A DNA stretch of 64,000 nt from Zygnema circumcarinatum SAG 698-1b (lineage: Eukaryota > Plantae > Zygnematophyceae): the NCBI GenBank assembly GCA_037447605.1, contig CM074815.1:2677941-2741940 (forward strand), read 5' to 3'. Position numbers and translations under genes: made by a program. The notes beneath the pieces are model-generated. The model had not been told where the DNA came from. It made no database searches and saw only the letters and a list, made by a program, of their open reading frames with translations. Shown piece after piece: positions 1 to 17,078 of this stretch. Within the stretch, counting starts at the first letter, position 1; every line of letters starts with the position of its first letter.

Positions 1-826
1 CGTGTCCCTTTCCAAGTCCCCACAAGTCCAACGCCCTCGTGCCAGCTGCCACCGCCCTGTCAGACGCTCCCCTCGCCACGTCAGCAACAACTTCCAAAAA
101 CGGGCCGTTCGATCGCCGCCACGTGGCGACCGCTGCAGCCGCCACGTGTCCCTTCGCTGCCGTCGCAGCCAATCCGCTTGCCAGGAACATCCGGATGACG
201 TCAGCATATGCTTTTTGAGATAGAGCCCTCCACATGATCGCGTCTGCATCATCAGTGACGTCACTCCGTACATCCGTGACATCACTTCCTGCGTCCTCGA
301 CATCACCTCCTCCCTCTCCCCTTTTGAAGGGAAGAGGAAGATTGCAAAGAAGAGAGAACAAGTACACCGCCTTTCTAGCAAGTATGAAATTCCCGTCCGA
401 ACTCAGAACCAGTACTCCGCCTTTGTCAATCCTTCTCCCAACCTCAGGCCCTCCCTCCTCCCCCTCTCCCTCCCTCTCCTCTCTCGCACCCGCCTCTCCC
501 TCTCCCTCTCCCTCTCCCTCTCCCTCCTCTCCCACTCTCCCCTTCTCCCCATTCCGTGAGAACTCGCTCACAGCCTCCACCACCTCCTCCACAGTGTGAA
601 CGCTGATTTCGAGCCACTTTCTCAATTTTCCCAATGTGAACGCCCAGTCCTCCGTCTTCATATGCTGCCAGCTGTACGCCACGCCAGCATTCACAAGCGA
701 AGCCAAGGCGTCCTCCCTCCTTGCTTCCCACATCGCCACGTCATCAGTTGCCACGTCAGCCGTTGACACGTCAGCATTGCCAGCAGGCGCTTGCACCCGA
801 GCAGGGCTCTCAGACGCGGCGGCCAC
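1..826 (-). CDS. LTN1: Internal exon of listerin/LTN1-like E3 ubiquitin ligase (partial; runs off window start)
   Basis: Stop-free minus-strand frame absent from the ORF track, from acceptor tag| at 826 to <1. It translates ...DALASLVNAGVAYSWQHMKTEDWAFTLGKLRKWLEISVHTVEEVVEAVSEF...KAYADVIRMFLASGLAATAAK...GPFLEVVADVARGASDRAVAAGTRALDLWGLGKG. This resembles, from memory, the plant listerin segments GYCW..F.EEDWEF.L..LR.WI and RAVKSVELWGLSKG. Confidence 0.7.
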   Translation of the reverse strand, partial: MAAASESPARVQAPAGNADVSTADVATDDVAMWEARREDALASLVNAGVAYSWQHMKTEDWAFTLGKLRKWLEISVHTVEEVVEAVSEFSRNGEKGRVGEEGEGEGEGEGEAGAREEREGEGEEGGPEVGRRIDKGGVLVLSSDGNFILARKAVYLFSLLCNLPLPFKRGEGGGDVEDAGSDVTDVRSDVTDDADAIMWRALSQKAYADVIRMFLASGLAATAAKGHVAAAAVATWRRSNGPFLEVVADVARGASDRAVAAGTRALDLWGLGKGH

Positions 827-1267
827 CTATACTGACGTGGCAGCCTCTANNNNNNNNNNNNNNNNNNNNNNNNNNNNNNNNNNNNNNNNNNNNNNNNNNN
901 NNNNNNNNNNNNNNNNNNNNNNNNNNNNNNNNNNNNNNNNNNNNNNNNNACATGTGGTGGGGAGGGGGAAGAGAAGAGAAGGAGGAGAGAAGAGGAAGAG
1001 AGGAAGAGAGGGAAGAGGGAAGGGAGAGAGAGGGAGGAGAAGAAAGAAGGAGAAAACTGAGGGGAAGGGGAAGCGGAGAGAGAGGTGGGAGTGGATGGAG
1101 AGAGAGAGAGAGAGAGAGAGAGGTAGGGGAGAGGGTAAGTTGGTAGAGGGGCGGGGAGGGTGAAAGGTGGAAAAGGAAAGGGAGAGAGGAGCCCTGCACC
1201 CTCCATCGCCCAACCCCTCCCTCCCTCCCTCCCTCCCTCCCTCCCTCCCTGCCCTGCTTGTCGGCAG

Positions 1268-1970
1268 GTGTGCGAGTGCGGCATGAGCGACGAGGTCGGG
1301 CCCATGTTCGTGGACACTGCCAGTTCGGCGGTGAGTCCCGCCACGCGCAAGGCCGTGGACGACGAGGTGGTGCGCCTGCTCAAGGAGGCGTATGAGAGAG
1401 TGCGCCACCTGCTAAGGAAGGTGAGGGAGGGAGGGAGAGAGGGAGGGAGAGAGATAGGGCACTGGGTGGGGAGAGAGAACGAAAGGGGGGGAGGTTAGGG
1501 GGGAAGCTGGGGGAGGGAGAGAGGGAGAAAGAGGGAAAGGGGAGAGGGAAAGCTGGCGGAGGGAGAGAGGGAGAAAGAGGGAAAGGGGAGAGGGAAAGCT
1601 GGGGGAGGGAGAGAGAAAGGTGGAGGGATGAGGGAAAGCTTGGGGGGGAAAGAGAGAGGAGAGAGAGGGAAAGAGCAGGGAAAGGAAGAGGGGAGCTAGA
1701 TCAGGACCTTTATTTTTTTTTTTCGTTTACCCTGAAGTCCTATGAGGGTGGCTTCCATGGCAATGCTGACGTGGCGATGCTGACCTGTCGACGCTGACGT
1801 GGCAGCACGAGGCCGAACTCCATTGCCTGGCGAAGGCGCTGTTGGAGAAGGAGACGCTTTCCGCCAAAGACATCGAAGCTGAGCTGGCAACTCTCGCAGA
1901 GAGCGGGAGTGGGAGTCTCCCATTGGGCCTTGGAGGGATGCGATTCACTCTGGGGGGAAGCGGACGGTGA
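1268..1970 (+). CDS. ftsH: FtsH/i-AAA protease (FtsH4/FtsH11/YME1-like), last two exons (partial)
   Basis: Exon 1268-1420 (cag|...|gtgag) gives VCECGMSDEVGPMFVDTASSAVSPATRKAVDDEVVRLLKEAYERVRHLLRK. Exon 1806-1970 gives HEAELHCLAKALLEKETLSAKDIEAEL...GSGR*. Phase-0 join; matches the peptidase M41 C-terminus (GMS..GP, EV..LL..AY, H..LA.ALLE.ETL). Confidence 0.9.
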
Positions 1971-3169
1971 CTAAATGGGGTATAAGAAATTTATGTCTCG
2001 TAAAAGGAGACGAGAGTGAAATTCGTAAATGCCAAAAAACTAGCCCTTGCTTGTTGCCTTTTTACGGACACGATTTGATCCGGCAGGGTGGTTTTTTCAG
2101 AGCTTTCGGAGCTATTACCAGTATTACGGGAACTTATGTTCTATGGATGTGAAAAGTTTGGAGGTGAGCGTTTGACTGACTGACTAACCGGCTTAACCAA
2201 CTTGTCAGTCGCAGTTCTTAGTCGGCCATTCTTTGGGTCGCTAGTTGGGTTCTTAGGCTCGAGATATACCCTGTGTATAGTCAGTCAGCAATGGGGCATT
2301 GTGACATTCTATGTGATATTATTCTCAGTTCTGCGTCTGCAAAGAACGGCTGTTCCGTTGTGGAATTTGGGAGGGAGAGGATTCTGTGCATGTGAGAAAA
2401 ATTCTCTTTTGGCGAGAGATCATGCGTACATGCCCACATTCATTTTTACAAGACACTATGTCATGCATAAAGAATGAGGGAGGGAGGGAGGGAGGGAGCG
2501 GGAGCGGGAGAAGGAGAGGGAGAGGGAAAGAGAGCGGGAGAGGGAGCGGGATCGGGAGAGGGAGAAGGAGAAGGAGAGGGAGAGGGAGAGGGAGCGGGGG
2601 GGCGTGGGGGTTTATGGTGTAAATACATGATTGTTGTCGGCACATGAATGAACGCATGCATGCATGCTGTGGAACCAATATCATGATTCAAGCAATATGC
2701 AAAAGATGATGAGGGACGTCACTCTTAATAGGATATTATGTTAAGATCATGCAACGGTTTGGTTATGTTCTGGTCTACATCGCTTCCTACAAGTACAGAT
2801 GTATGTGGACACTTCCTGCATGTATATATGTCATCATATATATCATCCAGGAGATGGGGTCCAAGCTGTGTACGTCCTCAGAAAGACCCTCAGGACTCGA
2901 TCTCAATGGAACTGAGTTTTCCTCTAAAGACTGCTGCATTCGGAAGGGTTGACCTAATCCCCTAAACCCTAAATCTGGTGAAGTTGACCTAAAAACTTGA
3001 ACCCTAAACCCCTTTAAGTTGACCAACTAGCTCTGAACCCTAAACCCATTTAACCCAAAGTACCAAACGAGCCAATTACCCACAAATCTTTGTCCAGTTC
3101 ATATGCGACAAACAAGATCATGTTCCATGATGAGCATGATCAACTACACCAACCCTAATTTATACAATT

Positions 3170-4630
3170 TTACAAACTTCCCCATAGAACAGTAGCTTCC
3201 CAGTTGCATAGAAGCTCCCCCTTAGCACATTTTTCCACATACTGAACAGCCGTTGCATGGAACCCCGTAATTCCGCGATACTTTGCGACTCGCGGGTCCA
3301 TAGTTGAAAGCGCTTTCAAAAAGTTTGCGGCCAATTCTGGACGGTTTTGGAGAAAGCTCAAAGGCTTCACATATGTACGGATGGTGAACACAACAGCTCG
3401 CGTCCTGCATGGAACGCGGTTCAAAAAGAAGGAGAAAGCGGGAGAGGGAGAGGGAAAGGTTAGTGATAGGGACGGTCAGGAAGGGGAGTGGGAGGGGGAG
3501 GGGGAGGGGGAGGGGGTGGGAGAGGGAGGGGCGGCGGGAGGGAATTGGTGGGGGGGGGAGAGGGAGGATGGGTGGGAGAGGTTGGGGACGGGAAGGGGAG
3601 GGAGGGAGAGAGAGAGGGGGAGAGAAGGAGGAGGGGAGGGAGGGAGAGAGGGGGAGGGGGAGGGACGGAGGAATGAGGGGAGGGAGAGAGAGGGAGTGGG
3701 AAGGAGGAAGGGGGAGAGGAGGGGAAGGGGAGAGGGAGAGAGGAGGGAAGATCAGTATCCTTTATGGTCAGATACCTCCGGCCATAAGCAGATCATCTCA
3801 ATTTTACAACAGCACCCTAAAGAAGAAAGGATGTGGGCCCCGGGGGGGTTTTTTTTGTTTTTTTAAGCTGACCACTCACTTGGGCAGCCGCACAAACGTC
3901 TGTCGCTCCACTCGGTAAAATATTTTCGTCCCCGCTTCCTCGACTGTGATTGGCTCATCGAATTTCGGTCTCTCCAAAGTCAAATCTTTTCCGACATCCT
4001 CGTCCTGAGAAGTACACCCCTTTTGAACGCCTTTTAGCGGAAATTTTTCATTAAAAATAATTTGACCTAATTCTCATCAGATTTATCAATCGGTTGAATA
4101 AACACATATCTCATAATGCTTATTATAAAAATTCAAATGTCCTTCCTTACACACGTGATTTGTTTTCTTTTGACCTAATTTTTTTTTTTTCCTTACCTCA
4201 TTTGTGGCTTGATACAACGCGGGGTTGTTCGTAACGGACCATCCCACTCTCCATGCGGGCTGTTCCGTTTTCAAATTTTTGAAAAAACTGTCCACGGGAG
4301 AGGCCACCGTTTTCTGGTACAACGGAACGGGCCTGCATGGAAAGGGGGGGAGGATTTAGAGTCTAGGGTTTAAGGATCGGTGATGGAGGGCTTAGGAATT
4401 AGGGTTTTGGGAGTCGGAAATGGAGGAGAAGTTAAATGGAGAGAAGAGGGAAGGGGGGGGCGGGGGGGGGGGAAGAGAAAGAGGCAGAGGGGAGCACAGA
4501 GAGAGAGAGAGAGGCAGAGGGGGCAGAGAGAGAGAGAGGGAAGAGAGGGGGAGAGAGAGAGAGAGGCAGAGGGGTGGGAGAGAGAGAAAGAGGCAGAGGG
4601 GGGAAGAGAGAGAGAGAGGCAGAGGGAGGA

Positions 4631-4662
<32 letters not shown>

Positions 4663-7295
4663 TTTGAGGAGAGGAAGCTCGAGAGAGTGTCGGTGATAAA
4701 GCAGAAGGGGCGGGTAAGGCAGAGAAGGAGAGAGAGGTTGATGAATTATTCGTCTACTTTGGTTTGTTCCGAGAGATACCGCAAATTCCTCAAAATTCTA
4801 AACCCCGAACCCAAAACTCTAAAACCCTTCACCCTAGAACCCTAAAGCCTAAAACCCTAAAACCTTTAACCCTAAAACCCTTAACCCTAAACCCTACACC
4901 CGAAAACCCTAAAACCCTTCGCCCCAAACCCTTAACAGTAAAACCCTTCACCCTAAACCCTAAACCTAACCCTAAACCCTAAACCCTAAACCCTAAAAAC
5001 TGACCCGTGAATCGCGCGCAGCGAGAGGCCGAGCTTCTCCTTCATCCACCATCGCCACGGAAACAGTACGGCGCCGGAAATCATGCGATAAGTACCCTTT
5101 TCGTCTTCGAGCAATAGGCAAATGTCCTCCTGACCCCCCAAAAATAGGCCCTTGTTTTAATAAATCTTAAAAAAATAATAACAATTTTGATAATCTAAAT
5201 AATTTTAAGTTTGAGTTGAAGTTCAAGATAGTTTTTTGAAAAAATAAAAAAAGAAAGAAAAACCGGCATTTTGTAACTTCAGGTGAGGGAAGGTGAATTT
5301 TTTTTTTTCAGAGGTGTCCGGAAAAAAAGGAATTGGTGTGGGTGACGTGGAACTGACTTGGACCAATCGGGAGACGGCGTCGAGCGTGTCCAAATCTCGG
5401 TCAGTGAGGTCAAAAGTTTCGCCTGTGCTCCGATTGCACAGGACCGGGCCCTGCCAATAGAATCGCTCCGGGTGGCGGGCAGTCAAAAAAAAAGAAATTT
5501 CCCGAAGGAGCTCCCAGTTGGCGGCCTCTGTTTTTTCGACACGTGGCAGGTCGATTTCTCCCAAAACCACCTGCAAAAAATTCGAAAACCGTCACATTCT
5601 TTCAAAAAAAAAAAAAAACAAAAAACAAAAGAGAAATTTTAAACCCCACAGGCCCTTCCGATGTGCTGCCAGAAACCGGTCCTTCACAGAAACAAACTTC
5701 GGGTTTTTTTTTTTTTTTTTTTTTGCTAATTTTTAGGGACGGAGGCTATTGGGGTACAAACCGATCTTCATTTCCCCCCCCCCCTCCCCTTACCGGTTTT
5801 CGAGTTTCCAGAATTTTCCTGCGCATCGCCATCTCCTCGTCGTAGAAGCCGTCGATTTCGAGCCAGTCGTCGATCGGACGGAGGAGGCGGAGCCCCGTGA
5901 TCATGCGGTACGGCATTTGGTCCTTTTGGGGCCAATACTCAATTTCGTCTGCAAAAAGAAAAAAAGAAGGACAAATTCAGACTAAGGTCAAGTCAAGTCA
6001 AGTCAAGTCAAGTCAAGTCAAGGCAGGTCATTGCAATTGAAGTTTGACTCAGACCAAGCAAGCATTCAAGCCAAGTGAAGTGAGGGTGCACCCAAACCCA
6101 GACCCAACCCAATCAAGTCAAAGCAAGTCAAGTCAAGTCAATGCTAGTCAACCTAAGTCAAGAAAAGTCAACTCAAAGCGAGGGAAGGTGAGTCGAGTGA
6201 AGTCAAACTAAATCAGGCAAAGTCAAGTGAAAACGAGTCAAGTCAAGTCAAGTCGAGTCGAGTCAAGTCAACAGCACTCATACCGGGTTCATCGCTGAGG
6301 GCCGAGGGAGCCGGCGAATACGGAGTGTACATGTTCTCTGTCGAAAAATCCGTTGCCGTTGAAGTCGCGCCGGAAATTGAGCCAAGCGCGGGTTTGGGGT
6401 GCAAATGGGAAGAAGCCGTTATGGGCATTTTCATCTCCGACGTCGAAGTTTTCGCATTTTCGTCATGGAACGCGCCCGTCGCGCCGTTGAACGGAAAGTC
6501 GGTCGCTGTGAAACCGAACGGACATTGTCCGGCTCTAACGCTCAACGGAGCAGCTCTTCTGCCCTGCACCATAGATCGTGGGCGATGTGTGGGAGGGTTG
6601 GGGCAGTAGGGGGATTCATAGGGGGAGCATATCATGTGAACACAAAAGTCAAAAGTGTCAGAGAGAGAGGAGGGAGAGAGAGCGAGAGGAGAGGAGAGAT
6701 ATAAAGAGAGGGAGAAAGGGAGAAAGAGAGAGAGAGAAAGAGAGAGTGAGAGGGAGAGAGAGAGAGAAAGAGCGAAACAGAGGGAGAAAGGGGAAAAGAG
6801 AGAGAGAGAAAGAGAGAGAGGGAGAGAGGGAGAGAGAGAAAGAGAGACATGGAGAAAGGGAGAACGAGAGGGAGAGAGAGAGAGAAAAAGAGAGAGGGAG
6901 AGAGCGGGAGAGAGAGAGAACGAGAGAGGGAGAAAGGGAGAGAGAGAGGGAGAGAGCGGGAGAGAGAGAGAGAGAGAACGAGAGAGAGGGAGAAAGGGAG
7001 AGAGCGGGAGAGAGAGAGAGAGAACGAGAGAGAGGGAGAAAGGGAGAGAAAGAGGGAGAGAGAGAGAAAGAGAGTGTAAAAGTTTCCTTGTCTGTCCTTA
7101 ACAAATTAACATCCACACGCCGTTGAGGAATTTTTAACAGAGAGAAAACAAAAAAGGACAGAAAACAACCAATTTATGAGTTGAACGGCGAACTGTCACA
7201 TGGAGCGGGGGAGCTCCTCCACGTACCGAGTGGGCTCCTCGTGACCGAAAGGACGGCACTGGCACTTGGCCGAGCCGTCCAGCGAATGAGGACAT
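3170..7295 (-). CDS. DUF3445 / heme-dependent oxidative N-demethylase alpha-like protein with N-terminal transit-peptide-like extension, 8 exons, about 445 aa
   Basis: Exons 7295-7227, 6563-6284, 5948-5794, 5570-5358, 5129-5005, 4332-4197, 4004-3880, 3404-3170, all GT-AG with compatible phases. Motifs PYRMITGLRLL..DDWLEID, VQEDICLL, GAVLFPWRW..KEKLG..L.AIHGPVP, PVDSFF..L....PAWRVGWS, YRVERQTFVRLPKTRAVVFTIRTY are typical of DUF3445. Confidence 0.85.
5985..6270 (-). repeat. (TTGAC)n / (AGTCA)n pentamer array in intron 2 of the DUF3445 gene
   Basis: Direct reading: gtcaagtcaagtcaagtcaa... with degenerate units across the intron. Confidence 0.85.
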
Positions 7296-7439
7296 GCCAC
7301 GTGGCAGTTTCTCTGAGTTCCCACAGTCACAGTTTCCGTTTTTCGCACAAGAAAACGCCGTAACGGCTCGATCGATCCGGAGCATCTGCAAACATTTATT
7401 CCATTCTAAACTAATTACAATGGTTTCTAAAACTATCAA

Positions 7440-7462
7440 TCAATCAATCTCTCGCTCTCTGC

Positions 7463-7519
<57 letters not shown>

Positions 7520-9410
7520 TCTCTGTCTCCCTCGTCCTCTCTCTCGCTCTCTCCCCCTGACTCTCTCTCTGTCTCTCTCTCCATGGATCTCTCCCTCTCT
7601 CTCTCCCCAACTTTCACTCTCTCCCTGTCACTCTCTCCGTGTTCCCTCTCTCCGCATTTCTCCCCATCTCTCTCCCGCAGCCAGTCCCTCTCTCTCCCTC
7701 TGTTTCTGCCTCTTTCTCCCTGATCTCAATCCCTGCCTCTCTCTATCCCTCACCATATCTCTCTTTGTTTCTTTCGTCCTCTCTCTCTCCCTGACTCCCT
7801 CTCTCTGTCTCTCTCCCCCTGTGAATCTGTGTCTCTTTGTCCCTCCCTCTCTCTCCGTGTCTCCCTCACTCTGTCTCGCAACCCCCCTCTTTCCCTCCCT
7901 GTGTCTCTCTTGATCTGCCCGTCACTCTCCCTTTTTCTCTCCCTCTGTCTCTCTCTCCAACTCTCTTCTCCCCCCTCTCCCTCTCTGTCTCTCCCTCTAT
8001 CTCTCCTACAGGCTCACACCACGCAATGCCCTTCGCACGTCCTGCTCGAATGAAATGTGTCATCAAATGCACAAATTTTAGATAAAAAAAATGTGATAAA
8101 AATCCGTGATGCTCGGATTCGAATTTACTTATTTCATACCTTTTTTGGATCACATGCATGCAAATTCGATCCTCTAAAATTCCCTTCATGTTCTGAACCC
8201 CCGCCATGGCCCCCTGTGGAGACTCACTCGGCCCTCACCTGCATCGCCGTTGCCTCACTGCTTCAATATCCCCCACTTTTCTCTCCTTCCTTTATCTGTC
8301 GCTCCCTCTCCCTCTCCCTCTCTCTCCCTCTTCCCCTCCCTCTCTCCCCCTCTCCCTCTCCCTCTCTCCCTCTTCCCCTCCCTCTCTCCCTCTCCCTCTC
8401 CCTCTCCCACTCTCCCTCTTCCCCTCCCTCTCTCTCTCTCCTCTCTCTCCCTCTCTCCCTCTTCCCTCCTCTCTCTCTCTCCTCTCTCCTCTTCCCTCCC
8501 TCTCCCTCTCTCCCTCTCCCGCTCTCCCTATTCCCCTCCCTCTCTCCCTTCCCCTCCCTCTCCCTCTCCCGCTCTCCCTATTCCCCTCCCTCTCTCCCTC
8601 TCCCTCTCCCTCTCCCCCTCTTCCCCTCCCTCTCTCCCACTCCCTCTTCCACTCTCTCTCCCACTCCCTCTCTCCCTCTCCCTCTCCTTCTCCCCCCTCC
8701 CTCCCCTCACCCTCTCCCTCTCCCTCTCCTTCTCCCTCTCCTTCTCCCTCTCTCCCTCTCCCCTCCTCTCCCTCTCTCTCTCCCTCTCTCCCTCTTCCCT
8801 CCCTCTCCCTCTCCCTCTCTCCCTCTTCCCCTCCCTCTCCCTCTCCCGCTCTCCCTATTCCCCTCCCTCTCTCCCTCTCCCTCTCCCTCTCCCCCTCTTC
8901 CCCTCCCTCTCTCCCACTCCCTCTTCCACTCTCTCTCCCACTCCCTCTCTCCCTCTCCCTCAACCTCTCCCCCTCCCTCCCCTCACCCTCTCCCTCTCTC
9001 TCTTTCTCTTCCCTCTCCCTCTCCCTCTCCCTCTCCCTCTCCCTCCCTCTCCCTCTCCCTCTCCCTCTCCCTCTTCCCCTCCTCCCTCTCCCTCTCTCCC
9101 TCTCCCTCTCCCTCTCCCTCTCCCTCTCCCTCTCTCTCCCTCTCTCTCCCTCTCCCTCTCCTCTCTCCCTCTCCCTCTCCCTCTCCCTCTCCCTCTCCCT
9201 CTTCCTCTCCCTCTCCCTCTCCCTCTCCCTCTCCCTCTCCCTCTCCCTCTCTCCCTCTTCCCTCCCTCTCTCCCTCTCCCTCTCCCTCTCTCCCCCTCCC
9301 CTCCTCTCCCTCACCTCTTCCCTCTTTTCCTCCCTCTCCCTCTCCCTTTCCCTCTCCTCACTCCCACTCCCTTTGCCTCTCCTCACTCCCTCTCCCTCTC
9401 CCTCTCCGTA
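7440..9410. repeat. Degenerate polypyrimidine (CT/CCT/CTCCCT)n tracts
   Basis: 7440-8010 and 8290-9410 are almost purely C/T on the + strand and give the spurious SL/PS/ER ORFs. Confidence 0.95.
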
Positions 9411-10214
9411 CTTCCATAACCTCCCTCCCCTGCCCGCCACATCCGTACCGACCGACCCTCCGTACGCTCAACCTCACGACCTGACCGCCATTTCGGTCAC
9501 TAATAAAAAAACAGAAAATAATTTCCTCTCGATGTAAAACGTTTTTCTTCCTGCCTTGAACAGTGTCCCAGCCAATCGCAATGCCGAAAGCGACAAACGG
9601 TCAGGAAAAAACAATCCTGCCAGGACTTTGCCAAAACTATTCTGTCGTTTTACGCATTTTTCGCATCAAAGAAATTTGTCGGCACACGGTGAGAGAGCCA
9701 TTTGATTGGTTCGTACAGAATTGGTCTTGCCACGTGATCACGTTCACCAATGGGTAACTGCCACGTACAAAGTCGGTGCGTGCTATGCGACAAAACTTTG
9801 TACGGCAAACTTTGTTAGCCTTACCGCACTGAAGTAAATTCGAATTTCGACTTTGAAGGTGCTGGACCGGATTCGAAAATTTTGTGTCATCCAACGAAAA
9901 TCATTTTTGACCTGCCCGTGGTCGCCACGTGTGCACTGTCCGCGAATGACTGCGCTCCGTCTCAAATGCAAAAGGATTTAAGGTCAGTAACAGCTTCCCG
10001 GAAATTATACCATACGAACAACTGCATGCGCTAAAAACCCTAAAAGTTCCCAAACCCTAAACCTTACAACTCTAAAACCCTAATACCGTAACCCTAAAAA
10101 ATAGCCGATAAATCGATATAGCCAATAGGTGAAATGTGTGGATGGTCGAGCTTTGATGGCTTCTACCAAGTCCTAGAGAGAAAAGTTGGAATTTGTATTG
10201 GTCTCGCGATGGCG

Positions 10215-10330
10215 AGGCATGTAAGGAACATGCACGACAACAACAACATAGGGAACCACGAGGAACCAACCGCTCAGAAATGACCTAGGCACGTTTGAAC
10301 TGCCATGAGAGCCGCCATCCGCTACTAGGC
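10215..10330 (+). repeat. Dispersed repeat family member (core caacaacatgg.gaaccacgagga)
   Basis: Related cores at about 15690-15760 and 58700-58790, and an inverted relative at about 58975-59050; probably a transposon remnant. Confidence 0.55.
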
Positions 10331-10788
10331 CCAACAACAACATGGCTCTTAGAGGCGGCCGCGAAGGTCACCGATGTGCGCCACGTGGCACGCGAAAGGC
10401 CATCGGACGGTCACCTTCGGCGTCCAAAAGGGCATCGAGGCTCTCTCATTGGCCCATCGACTTCCCTTAAAAATAACTAACAGATGGTCCGTCGCATTTG
10501 AATCTTGGAAAGCATAGCTCTTGATAAGGGCTTATATAGAAAGGTTTTAGGAAGGAGGAGAGGCTGTGCCAAAATTGGAGTAAAAACCCTCCCAGTGGCC
10601 CAATAGTTTAGCACTTCAAATACTCTTTCGCGAGTCCACTTGACTCTGCTTATTCCACTAGTTTAACCTGAGATCATTCATCTGAAGTTGACGAAATCAA
10701 CCATTTGTTCAGCGGATGTCTAGTTGTCCTCAACCTATACAGCTCCACCTTCATACATTGTAATAAGCAAAAATGAAACATGTCCATG

Positions 10789-15015
<4,227 letters not shown>

Positions 15016-16984
15016 GGCGGCTGCAGGGGAGAGGGGAAGGGCTGAAGCTGGAAAAGAGGGAGGGAGGGANNNNNNNNNNAAAAATCAGGGGTAAAATCTG
15101 CCCGACGGAAAAAGGTTTGTATAGATCCCAGAAAGGTGTGAAAAAAGCATTTTTTCGTTTTTTATCCTTTATTTTCTTAAATAGAACCTGCCCGGCGACA
15201 AAAGGTCTGTGTGTAGACAAAAAAGGTGTGAGAATAGAATTTTCCAAAAAAATACGATTTCTATCATCAGCTAATGGGGTACCGCCACGTGGCCAAGAAG
15301 TTGGCTTTTAGTGAGAGCCGGCGAATGTCAGGCCGGCAGGCCGTACATTAAAACACGGAAATCAGATTTTGTCAAATATTCAGCAAATTTCTTTTCCTCA
15401 CAATTTACTGAATATTTTAAAGACTGAGTATTCGGAAATTCCCATATCAATTGACTTTACAGTACTTGTTCTGGCATTGAATTTACAAAAGGGTCAATTT
15501 TTTTTTGCTTGTTCAGTACAACCGAGAAATTTTTGTCTCTGACGTTTCCTAATTAACATTATTTGTCGTTATTTTTAAACTTGACATTCGAGCCGATGAT
15601 GGCGTCTGACGAAGCGACACGTGGCAGGACCGCGCGAGAACTCCGGTCAACGTCGCGTGCCGACAACACGTGGCATTGATCGCGCGATGGCGATGGCATG
15701 AATGGTGCATGTTCAACAACAACATGGAGAACCACGAGGACCTGGTAACACAGGACCTAGGGACAATCGAGAAAGGCTATGAACTGAACTACGATTCTAC
15801 GCCCAACAAAAAAATAAACACGGTTATGGGCTGAGCTGCGCTACTAGAAGCTTCCTTACTGAAGAATGTTTGGGTGTTCCAAGCTGTAAACCCTAAAGTT
15901 GTGGTCAAGGGATGGTATTGGGTCATCAATGTTGGGAATGCAACATGCAAACAAGTACTTGCTTGCACATGCGTGTACAATGTTGGGGTCCTAAGGAAGT
16001 ACTGTAGTCAGATGCGAATGTTGCTCCAACCATGTAAGCTGACGTCACTTCCAACTAGGCTTGCGTCACTTCCAACTATGCTTACGTCACCATGCCCTAA
16101 TGACGAATCGCCTATTCGCCTTGCGCTGCAGCGCTTGCTAACCAACCATTCAAAAGCTGCCACGTGGAAGCAAGCTCAGATCCAGTCAAAGGTAACTGGA
16201 ATGTTGAACTGGCTACGGAGTACCGAACACTTTCACATGGAACGGCTCGCCTATTTGTAAAAAACGACTGTGTGCATTTTTATTCAGAATGAAGTCCTTC
16301 AACTGCTCCGTTTCAAGCCATCCATTTGGGAAATCCCCTCCCCTAAGCTTATGTGCATGAAGAAATTCAAGCTAAAAAGTCACAATTTTGCTTCCAAAAC
16401 TTTCCCCAGCAAAAAAGTTTACTTAATACTCTATTTTTGCAGGTGCAGATCTTCACTCTTAAAACGTGTGCCTCCCCTTATTCAAATGTTTTCTACTATG
16501 GCGCGAAACCCTAATCAGGAATGCTTCACTCTTTCGCCGACCCTCCCCTTGCGTCCAAACACCACCCATTTGCATCTTTATGACTTTCTCCACCTTTGTG
16601 AGAAGGCTTAAAACCCTAAAACCCTAAAACCCTAGAATCCCTAAAAGTCCTCCCTGCTTTTGGGCTTTTCTCGAGTTCCGGATTCACTTTATGCAGGCGC
16701 CACGCAGCGGCCCGCCCGTAAAAGTTCAATTAAAAAAAAGAACGACGCTTGCTTCCTGCGCATGGCAATACAAGGAGCGTTTATGTAATAAATAGGGAAG
16801 AAATGCAGTGCAGATGCTCATTCGTTGAGCCCCCCAACACCTATTCCTCCCCCTTTTTAGAAAGCCTAAAAGCCCTAAAACCCTGACTCTCACCCGCTCC
16901 CTCCCTCCCCCCCTTCATTCTCTCTCTCTCTCTCCCTCGCTCCCCCTCTCTCTCCCTTCGCCCTCTCTCCCCCTCTCTCTCTCT

Positions 16985-17078
<94 letters not shown>

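Noticed and set aside
8014-8085. Apparent plus-strand terminal exon after a CT tract
   Set aside because: No upstream partner exon or recognisable product identified.
8057-9537. Long ORFs (475, 443, 389, 382 aa) rich in S/L/P or E/R/G
   Set aside because: Translations of CT/GA microsatellite open in several frames at once; no domain motifs. The same applies to 12713-14046, 40644-41748, 43330-44943 and 60646-62134.
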